A stretch of DNA of 63,779 nucleotides, the filler included, from Thermoplasmatota archaeon (GTDB lineage Archaea; Thermoplasmatota; E2; JACPAO01; JAHFTW01): the NCBI GenBank assembly GCA_041623215.1. It is 3 parts of 3 records of this genome, joined end to end, with 100 filler letters (N's around TTAATTAATTAA, not from the genome) between each part and the next. Parts side by side here need not be neighbours in the genome. Positions count along the whole stretch, not along the records: positions 45,249 to 63,779 come from JBFJXH010000024.1; 2 more parts are not named here. One strand, given 5' to 3'. Below are positions 57,176 through 63,779 of the stretch, one piece after another (the first letter of the stretch is position 1; every line of letters begins with the position of its first letter). The position numbers and the translations under genes were made by a program. The notes under the pieces are model-generated. The model was not told the origin of the DNA and ran no database searches. It saw nothing but the letters and a program-made list of their open reading frames with translations.

Positions 57176-57372
57176 CGCCCTTGATTGGCGACCTAGCCAG
57201 CCTCCCCAAGCCCGCGCGCACCCTCCCCGAAGAGGCGCAACAGCTCTTCCTGGATACCTACAACAAGGACTTCGGCTGGCGCTGTAGTGAAGCGCATGCC
57301 GAGAAGGCGGCTTGGCGCGCCGTGCTCGACCGATGGGAGCAACGGGGCGACGACTGGGTTGCCCGCGCCTAA
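57172..57372 (+). CDS. chaB: ChaB-family protein
   Basis: GTGA overlap with spt4, SD AGGTG; LPKPARTLPEEAQQLFLDTYN...AEKAAWRAV...W.Q..DDWV matches the ChaB pattern LPxxAQxx(F/Y)xxx(F/Y)N..AxxxAWxAV. Confidence 0.8.
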   Translation: MTPLIGDLASLPKPARTLPEEAQQLFLDTYNKDFGWRCSEAHAEKAAWRAVLDRWEQRGDDWVARA

Positions 57373-57929
57373 TGGCCTCGCCCCCATCCGACCGACCCCT
57401 GGCCATCCGGCACACCCTCCCAGACCACCTGCGCCACCATTTGGCAGCTGTTTGGGGCGACTTACACGACACAACGAGCCTCAAGGCCGCTCTTGCTGGC
57501 TCCGAGCCAGTCATCGCCATTGGTGACGTTGTGACCAGGACCTGCATCGAGGAGGGCATTCCGCTTCGCCTGGCGGCAATCGACGGTCACACGCATCGCG
57601 GCAGCAAGGACCCCGGCCATGTCGAGGACCCCGCCAAAGTTCTCGCACGCCACTTTGACCGCGTGGTGCGAGTTGTCAACCCCCCGGCAACCGTGACCCA
57701 GGAAGCGTGGGATGCCGTGGCCCAAGCCGCTGCCGACGCCGGCCTGGGGAGCACCTTGCTGCTGGTGGATGGCGAGGAGGATTTGCTCGCTTTGCCCGCT
57801 TTTCGGCTGGCGCCCCCGGGAACCAAGATTCTTTATGGTATGCCCAGTCGCGGCGCTGTCCTCGTGAGGACAGATGATGCCCTCCGGCAACGGGTTCAGC
57901 ATTTGCTGGACCAAATGCCGGCTGGCTGA
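57372..57929 (+). CDS. dpcK: GTP-dependent dephospho-CoA kinase (DUF359)
   Basis: IGDVVT, AIDGHTHR, VVNPPATVT, VDGEEDLLALP and LYGMP..GAV; conserved position before rps24e. Confidence 0.92.
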   Translation: MASPPSDRPLAIRHTLPDHLRHHLAAVWGDLHDTTSLKAALAGSEPVIAIGDVVTRTCIEEGIPLRLAAIDGHTHRGSKDPGHVEDPAKVLARHFDRVVRVVNPPATVTQEAWDAVAQAAADAGLGSTLLLVDGEEDLLALPAFRLAPPGTKILYGMPSRGAVLVRTDDALRQRVQHLLDQMPAG

Positions 57930-57941
57930 ACGGTGAAAACC

Positions 57942-58262
57942 ATGAACATTGAGATTACGGAGCAAGTGGACAACGCCCTCTTTGCCCGCAAGGACGTCAA
58001 ATTCGTCCTTCGGCACCCCGGCGTCACCACGCCCCCCCGCAACGAAGTACGCCAGTTGGTCGCCGCAGAAGTTGGCACCAAGACCGAAAACGTCGTCATC
58101 GACCACATGGAGTCCGCAACGGGCATGGCCGCAACCCGTGGCATCGCCCGAGCCTACGCCAATGCGGACGCTGCCCGTGCCGTGGAGCGCAAGCACCACC
58201 TGAAGCGCAACAACCTATGGCAGGACAAGAAGAAGGCCGACGATGACGGAGGCGACGCCTAA
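57942..58262 (+). CDS. rps24e: 30S ribosomal protein S24e
   Basis: [24 protein letters not shown] and ERKHHLKRN. Confidence 0.96.
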   Translation: MNIEITEQVDNALFARKDVKFVLRHPGVTTPPRNEVRQLVAAEVGTKTENVVIDHMESATGMAATRGIARAYANADAARAVERKHHLKRNNLWQDKKKADDDGGDA

Positions 58263-58411
58263 TGGCTGCCAAGGACTACTACCAGATTGACGGTGACAAG
58301 CTCGTCCGTCTGCGCAAGTCATGCCCCGAGTGCGGTGACGGCGTCTTCATGGCCGAGCACAATGACCGCCTCAGTTGCGGCAAGTGCGGCCACCTCGAAG
58401 CTAAAGAGTAG
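58262..58411 (+). CDS. rps27ae: 30S ribosomal protein S27ae
   Basis: Not in the ORF track (49 aa): [54 protein letters not shown] overlap. Confidence 0.96.
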   Translation: MAAKDYYQIDGDKLVRLRKSCPECGDGVFMAEHNDRLSCGKCGHLEAKE

Positions 58412-58500
58412 GTGCTGGCCAACTCCCATTTTCCCCTCTTTCTTTTGCTGTGTTCCCCGCGCAGGCTCTGGTATCTAGCTCTTGGCTGCTACTGCGCATC

Positions 58501-58506
58501 AAAAAA
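58501..58506 (-). terminator. Oligo-T terminator after tRNA
   Basis: TTTTTT directly 3' of the tRNA discriminator on the minus strand. Confidence 0.6.
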
Positions 58507-58581
58507 TGGGACCTACCGGATTTGAACCGGTGACCGACAGGTTATGAGCCTGCTGCTCTGACCAGACTGAGCTAAGGTCCC
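58507..58581 (-). tRNA. tRNA with CAU anticodon, most likely tRNA-Ile2 (agmatidine-modified)
   Basis: GGGACCT/AGGTCCC acceptor stem, discriminator A, CTCATAA loop, GTTCAAATC T-loop. A GGG 5' end fits archaeal Ile2 rather than Met (initiator starts AGC, elongator GCC). Confidence 0.9.
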
Positions 58582-58737
58582 AGGCGTGCCCTGCCGACCC
58601 GTGGCACGTTATGAGCGTGTTGAGCCGCTGCGGCGGCACCGCATGCCAGGGCCCAGGCAGTGCGAACGTGGCGAGGCAATTGACTCGTCAAGGGACCCGC
58701 TACAAAATGCCTATCAGGGAGCCTCCGTGGCCGCCCT

Positions 58738-59076
58738 GTGGCCCGCAGCACCATCCTCTGGGGTACCGCTTTTGCCATCGGCGGCGTCCTGGTGGCCGGC
58801 GCCTGGCTACCCGGCGCTGATGCATGGGCCTTGGGCCCTCGCATCGGCATCGCCAGCCTATGCCTCATGGTGAGCTTTCTCCTATTCGCCACATGGGCCA
58901 CCCAGTGGTTCTTGGCCGCTAGCGGACGCAACAAGGACGGGGGCGGATCCTGCCCCGTCGGCCGCGTCTGCCCCGCGTGCGGCGCGTTCACCTTCTACCC
59001 TAAATCCGATTGCAAGGCATGTGGGGCGGACCTGTCGAGCGAAGAGACCCTCGGCATTCAGACCGAACCCCTTTAA
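58738..59076 (+). CDS. Small two-TM protein with C-terminal zinc ribbon
   Basis: Two hydrophobic helices, then CPVG..CPACG......CKACG. Confidence 0.65.
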   Translation: MARSTILWGTAFAIGGVLVAGAWLPGADAWALGPRIGIASLCLMVSFLLFATWATQWFLAASGRNKDGGGSCPVGRVCPACGAFTFYPKSDCKACGADLSSEETLGIQTEPL

Positions 59077-59108
59077 TTCGCGCTTAGGTGGGCGGCGCCA
59101 TCCCCTGC

Positions 59109-59181
59109 GCTCCCGTGGTGTAGTGGCCAATCATGTTGGCCTTTCAAGCCAACGACTCGGGTTCAAATCCCGGCGGGAGCA
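59109..59181 (+). tRNA. tRNA-Glu (UUC)
   Basis: GCTCCCG/CGGGAGC acceptor stem, TTGGC-CTTTCAA-GCCAA anticodon arm, GGTTCAAATCC; CTTTAATT box at 59071-59078. Confidence 0.97.
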
Positions 59182-60916
59182 CTTCACGCTTAGCGCGGCC
59201 AACAAGGTTGGCCAGCAGCATCCTTACCGGTTGCCGCTGCAGCCTCGGACGAACGGGCAAATGCCACACGGCCAAAGCGCCGCACCAAGCCGCTGCGACC
59301 ACAGTGAGGGTGTGGACCGTGCCTGCAAACGCTTGCGGCAGGCTCGATACAAGGCTACCCACGCCAACTTGATTGACGCCGACGCTCGATCCAGCATGGA
59401 CCCAAATCGAGAAGCTTGCCTCCATGAACACGGCCAGAGCCAGCGAGGTACTGGCCGCCAGAACAGCGGTGCGACGGCGTCTCTGACGTGCCATGGAGCG
59501 CGGTAACGACGCGCCATCTCCGGCACCTGCTTGTGACAAGCGGTCAAGGAACCGAAACAAGAACCACGCGCCAGTTGAAGCCGCGACCAGTCGGACCGCG
59601 ACGAGGGCCGCCACGGAACGACCGTGCACGAGACCTGCGAAGTCGCGGTCGCTAAAGCTCGCCGTGAGTGTATTTCCGATACACCAGAGGGTCAACAAGA
59701 GCAGCATGGTGGGTGCCGCCAGGCTTTGCCTGCCGCGCGCAACTGCTGCCGCTGCTGCCGGGGCAAGAGCGACGGCCCAAGGCACCAAGGCGCCGGTGGC
59801 AAGGAAGGTGGCCGGCAGCGCCGCCGCCAAGGTTGCTGCCCCGGCTACCGGAAGCATCCACCACCCGGGCAGGTACGGCCCACGCCCGTGACGCTGCCCG
59901 GCCCCTGGCCTGCTGCCGTCACTCGTGTTGGTCACGTCCATGGTGCCCTGCCAACGCAGGCCTTGCATGAGGTAGGGAATCAGCAACAGGACCACAAAAA
60001 GGGTCGATTGGCCGAAGCCGCGCAAGGTCATGCCGAAAACGAGCCCCACTTCCAAGTCATTCGCCGCCTGCTTAGGCAGCGCCGTGGCCAGAAGGCCTGC
60101 TGCCACCAAGGCGCCGGCGGCCACGCGCTCCACGGTGAGCACGAGGCGGTGACTTTCGCGGGCCGCCGGCGCCAGCGAATCCCGGCGCACCCAGGTTCGT
60201 ACATGCCAGGACCGAATGGGGCCTGTAATGACAAGAGCGCCGGCGCCAGCCATACCAAGCACTGCGGTAAAAATCATCAGGCCAGAAGGCGGGGTTTCCC
60301 ACAACGCCAGGAGGCGAAGCTGGGCCGCAATGACAACAACGAGAAACGGCGCCAGCAGTAGCACCACACCATCTAGGTCGCGTATCTCTCGGACGTGGGC
60401 TTCCGATTCAAAGCCCGGCTCACCACCCTGCACCGGCCCGAAGGACGATGCCGGCGCCGGCGCCGACCGGGCCCCGGCTCGCCCCCCTAGCCGCTGGGCG
60501 CCCCAGACCAGCAAGGCCAGCAGCACCATGGGCGCCATGAGCACGCCTGGGTTGGCCTCCAAGTCGGCCAAAATTGGCGCGATGCTCAGGATTGCCACTC
60601 GCGATTCAAGAATCGCAGCCACATAGGGGAAGCTGCTCTGGACAACCACCTGCACGGCGTAGAGGCACACAATAACCGGGGCAATTTGGAGCAAGCGCCG
60701 GCGACGCGTCTCGTCACCTCGGCGGGCCATGGCAATCCACGTGAGGCCAAGGGCCGTCAGGAGCGCCGTCAAGGGGATGATATTGCCGGCCGCACCGGTG
60801 TCCAGGTCCGCGCCCGGGTCCAGAAAGACCTCCTGCTGGCTCATGGCCCCCAGCATCACGCCGGTGCCCGCCAGCGCCCCTCCCAGAGCCGCCTGGATAC
60901 GCCGGCGCCAAGACAT
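59144..60916 (-). CDS. Polytopic membrane protein of unknown function
   Basis: 590 aa open frame with more than ten hydrophobic segments; 3' end overlaps tRNA-Glu on the antisense strand. Confidence 0.65.
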   Translation of the reverse strand: MSWRRRIQAALGGALAGTGVMLGAMSQQEVFLDPGADLDTGAAGNIIPLTALLTALGLTWIAMARRGDETRRRRLLQIAPVIVCLYAVQVVVQSSFPYVAAILESRVAILSIAPILADLEANPGVLMAPMVLLALLVWGAQRLGGRAGARSAPAPASSFGPVQGGEPGFESEAHVREIRDLDGVVLLLAPFLVVVIAAQLRLLALWETPPSGLMIFTAVLGMAGAGALVITGPIRSWHVRTWVRRDSLAPAARESHRLVLTVERVAAGALVAAGLLATALPKQAANDLEVGLVFGMTLRGFGQSTLFVVLLLIPYLMQGLRWQGTMDVTNTSDGSRPGAGQRHGRGPYLPGWWMLPVAGAATLAAALPATFLATGALVPWAVALAPAAAAAVARGRQSLAAPTMLLLLTLWCIGNTLTASFSDRDFAGLVHGRSVAALVAVRLVAASTGAWFLFRFLDRLSQAGAGDGASLPRSMARQRRRRTAVLAASTSLALAVFMEASFSIWVHAGSSVGVNQVGVGSLVSSLPQAFAGTVHTLTVVAAAWCGALAVWHLPVRPRLQRQPVRMLLANLVGRAKREVLPPGFEPESLA

Positions 60917-60969
60917 ATGGGTCAGGCGGCACGCCAGCGCTTAGCGATTTTGGTCGCCAACGCGGACGG

Positions 60970-61812
60970 TCAAGCCACGACTCGTTCGGCAGCGGCCTGG
61001 TCCAGCATGTTGATTGTGAACTCGCTGTCGATGTTCAAGTGCATGCCGTCACGGGCGGCAATCGTCGGCACACCTGTTCTATCGGTGATGCGTTCAGCCC
61101 ATACACCAGGGTCTCCTTCACGGAGCGTCTTGAAGCCGAAATGAGTCAACAGCAGCAGCCTCGGTTGAATCTGTTCGGCCAAGCGTTCCACGTCGGCCGT
61201 GCACATGTGCCACGGAATGCGGTCGTCGCCACCCCGGGTCTGCTGGCACACCACGACGCGACTGCCCTTGTGCCAGTCGGCGAGGCCATCGAAGTACTGC
61301 GTATCCGGAATGTAGGAAACTTGGCCGTGGGTGAGGCGCCACTTGAAGCCGACGGTGTCTGGGTCTGAGTGATCCTGCTTAGTGGCCGTGACCTGGTAGG
61401 GCCCCACCATGACTTCGTCGCCCGCCGCCACTTCGTGGGTGTTGGCCATCATGTCTTGGTGGAAGCGTGTCAAGACGGGGCCCAGAGGGCCGCGCCCGTC
61501 CACCGATTCGGTGCCGCGAAGCACGCTACGGGGCGCCACCAGCGTGCCTCGTTTGTCAAGGCCGCCGCGCGTGATACCTTCCAGTAGAATGGCTGCGTCG
61601 GTCCAGTGATCCGGGTGACCATGCGTCACGAAGATGGTGTCCGTGCGCGTTGGGTCGAGCCCGTACCGATGCATATGGACCAAGGCACCGGGGCCGGGGT
61701 CGACGTTAGCTCGAAACCCCTGGTCTTGCAGGTAGAAGCCGCCGGTTTGGCGGAGCTGGCGGATCGTGGTGAACCGGCCTCCGCCGGTCCCTAGGAACGT
61801 AAGTTCGGTCAC
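60970..61812 (-). CDS. MBL-fold metallo-hydrolase (archaeal PhnP-like)
   Basis: FLGTGGGRF, VDPGPGAL, THGHPDH, DHSD, PDT and LTHFG. Confidence 0.92.
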   Translation of the reverse strand: MTELTFLGTGGGRFTTIRQLRQTGGFYLQDQGFRANVDPGPGALVHMHRYGLDPTRTDTIFVTHGHPDHWTDAAILLEGITRGGLDKRGTLVAPRSVLRGTESVDGRGPLGPVLTRFHQDMMANTHEVAAGDEVMVGPYQVTATKQDHSDPDTVGFKWRLTHGQVSYIPDTQYFDGLADWHKGSRVVVCQQTRGGDDRIPWHMCTADVERLAEQIQPRLLLLTHFGFKTLREGDPGVWAERITDRTGVPTIAARDGMHLNIDSEFTINMLDQAAAERVVA

Positions 61813-61945
61813 GATGGTTCACGGGCTTGCCACGCGCCCTGTTTGATAAAAACGCCCCGCCATGGGTATGCTTAGCGAGACCTGCGAAACGACCCGTTGC
61901 CCGCGGCGCGACGGCCTCAAGTAGCGCCGCAGGGTCGGGGCGTCT

Positions 61946-62632
61946 ATGGCTGTAGATCTTCTCTGGGCAAGCATCGGATTTGTGGTGGGGGCGCTTGTGC
62001 TCGCGATTGGCTACGAAGTGTCCAACCGGCGGCGTAATGTGCCGCAGGCCGAGACGAAACTCACCACCGGATGGCGCCTGACGGAATTTCGCAAACCAGT
62101 TATTGTGGCGCGCGACGTTTGGGATATCAAGGTCCCCGAGGGCGCCATCGTTCTAGCTAGCGGCCTTGTTGACCCCGCCGTCCACCGCACCTGCGAAGTC
62201 CATTCCGTCCCCGCGGTCCGAGCGGAGTTCGCGCTCGACCTTGAAGGCGAACGGGCCCTCCTGTTTGCGGGCGGGCTTCGTGACGGTTCCTTGGCCGCGT
62301 GGAGCGTGGAAGCCGGCTTGTTGGCCCGCCTCGAGTCCGAGTACAGGACGTTGAAGAGCCGGGCGACGGCCTACGTTGAACGCCATGCCATTGCCGACTT
62401 AGCCGGCCGAAACGGCGTCGTCGTCGAGACCAAGGGCCTGGTGCAGGACGTTCTACCGTGGAAAGACCAGTACATGCTACGCCTGGAGGACCGCGGCCAC
62501 GTCATTGCTGTGCTCTTGCAAAAGGACCCCTCTGAATTGGTCGGGCAGCGGATTCTAGTGAAGGGCCCCATCGACCAGGGCGCAACTGGATACGCCACCC
62601 TGGTGGCCGAAGAAATCCACCGGATTCGCTAA
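61946..62632 (+). CDS. Membrane-anchored hypothetical protein with probable C-terminal OB-fold
   Basis: N-terminal TM; C-terminal VVVETKGLV...YMLRLED...GQRILVKG....LVAEEI pattern. Confidence 0.6.
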   Translation: MAVDLLWASIGFVVGALVLAIGYEVSNRRRNVPQAETKLTTGWRLTEFRKPVIVARDVWDIKVPEGAIVLASGLVDPAVHRTCEVHSVPAVRAEFALDLEGERALLFAGGLRDGSLAAWSVEAGLLARLESEYRTLKSRATAYVERHAIADLAGRNGVVVETKGLVQDVLPWKDQYMLRLEDRGHVIAVLLQKDPSELVGQRILVKGPIDQGATGYATLVAEEIHRIR

Positions 62633-62731
62633 GCGCCCCAGCGACCAACCGCACGCCCCTCCTGTTGGCTTGCTCTGAGGACCCAGGTCATCGTCACAAC
62701 CCTTATGGCGCACCGCCGCCCTGGAAACTCC

Positions 62732-63523
62732 ATGCAGGGTCGGAGCTTTGCTGTTCTTGCCGCGATTGTCATGCTGGCCACGAGCGTCCCGGGCGCTGAT
62801 GCGACCGAGGAGCCGAGCGTAGCGCTTACCACCGAAACCCCCGCCGTTGCCGCCGAGGCGGCCAATTGCGCAGCGCCGCCATGTGGCTGGATTAACCCCC
62901 TCATTGCTATGGATTTCGCCGACAAGGAGCGTTGCCGCAACGCACCGGACGATTGCATGATTCCGCCCGAAGTGGGAACGAGCATGACGCTGGAAGGCGA
63001 ATTCCGCTGGTACTGGGAAGTATCCGAGGAGGGGCACTACTTGGACGACCCCCAAACGGACATCGAAGTCAGCTTTAGTGGCACCAACAGCAATCCTACG
63101 TGGATTGACTTCACGGTGGAGCCGGCTGGCTTTAGCATTACGAGCGCTGAACTCTTCCTACCGGAACATTACCGAACGGAAGGCGACGCACCCGACTCGA
63201 AGGTGTGGTACGATTACCGGGTCCCCTTATCCGTCACGTTCACCCGCACGGGCGACCCCACGGCCGACGAGCTGCAGCGCATGTCCGAGCGCGGCGGCGT
63301 GCAACCCTTGTTTGTAAAGGCCAAGAGCACCGAGTCCAGCGACCGTTTCAAGGCAGCCTTTGGCGTCGAAGAATTCCGCTTCTACACCGACTCGGCGGAA
63401 GCGTCGACCGGGGCCGGCGATGATGCTGCCATTCCCGGCGTTCCCCTGGGAGCCCTCGTGGCAGCCCTAGCCGCCGTAGCCGTTGTTGCGACGCGCTCGG
63501 CCGGCGGACGCAAGCGCCTGTAG
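62732..63523 (+). CDS. Secreted protein with PGF-CTERM-like sorting tail
   Basis: Signal peptide; C-terminal IPGV + TM + basic tail (RSAGGRKRL); CCTTATG box about 30 nt upstream. Confidence 0.7.
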   Translation: MQGRSFAVLAAIVMLATSVPGADATEEPSVALTTETPAVAAEAANCAAPPCGWINPLIAMDFADKERCRNAPDDCMIPPEVGTSMTLEGEFRWYWEVSEEGHYLDDPQTDIEVSFSGTNSNPTWIDFTVEPAGFSITSAELFLPEHYRTEGDAPDSKVWYDYRVPLSVTFTRTGDPTADELQRMSERGGVQPLFVKAKSTESSDRFKAAFGVEEFRFYTDSAEASTGAGDDAAIPGVPLGALVAALAAVAVVATRSAGGRKRL

Positions 63524-63579
63524 GACCCGGCGCGAAACTCCGCCTCCCGGTTCTGGCCCAAGCCGCACAAGGTGCCGGA

Positions 63580-63779
63580 TCACGCCTCGGGCGGCAGGGC
63601 GGCAAGCTGGCGTCCAACGAGCTGTTGGAAGGGCAGCGCTCGAAGGGGCGAGCCAAGCCCGGTATCCAAAACCGACGCTGCACTGGTGGGCCGATAGACC
63701 AGGAAGCGCCCCTTGGCTCCGATGACCTCGCCTTGATGGCGGCCCGCCACGTCCGCAAGCGCCGGAATCGTCGGCAAGG
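63580..63779 (-). CDS. 3' end of a CDS entering from the window edge (possibly DUF2797 family)
   Basis: GEVIGAKGRFLVY resembles the GxLxGIKGQYLI C-terminus of DUF2797; fragment only. Confidence 0.45.
   Translation of the reverse strand, partial: LPTIPALADVAGRHQGEVIGAKGRFLVYRPTSAASVLDTGLGSPLRALPFQQLVGRQLAALPPEA

Noticed and set aside
58507..58581. tRNA-Met call from the CAT anticodon
   Set aside because: The acceptor stem begins GGG and there is no triple G-C anticodon stem of an initiator; Ile2 is more likely.
58541..58616. 9-nt repeat GTTATGAGC in the tRNA anticodon loop and again about 27-35 nt upstream of the tRNA
   Set aside because: The second copy sits at the TATA position (CTCATAAC on the minus strand); too short to call an att site and no integrase nearby.

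Overview
GC-rich archaeal DNA, roughly 60-65% GC by eye. Gene content points to an aerobic heterotrophic Thermoplasmatota-like euryarchaeon (inference): aIF5A, Pth2, Tsr3, geranylgeranyl reductase, archaeal-type ProRS, aSelBL, the rpo7-spt4-dpcK-rps24e-rps27ae operon and many LAGC-lipobox proteins. The window is three contigs joined by artificial N44-TTAATTAATTAA-N44 linkers (22553-22652 and 45149-45248), so gene neighbourhood cannot be read across those points. Most of it is housekeeping and metabolic genes (NAD kinase, PurU, DEAD-box helicase, beta-oxidation enzymes, LipA, E1-alpha, two tRNAs) plus a rich secreted/surface proteome. No CRISPR array, integrase or transposase was recognised. 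Most notable observations: (i) two adjacent giant secreted proteins, a >2070 aa subtilase and a 2262 aa five-module beta-helix protein, are otherwise unrelated but end in the same ~220 aa C-terminal module without a membrane anchor, a candidate undescribed sorting/anchoring signal, and lie upstream of an nfeD-lipoprotein-stomatin cluster; (ii) a ChaB-like gene is translationally coupled inside the conserved rpo7/spt4 operon; (iii) a type-C two-domain multicopper oxidase lipoprotein has a His-rich neighbour; (iv) a CDS has its stop codon on the antisense of the tRNA-Glu anticodon; (v) there are structured leader/ncRNA candidates and centred bidirectional TATA boxes. All family assignments come from motif recognition; no database searches were run.
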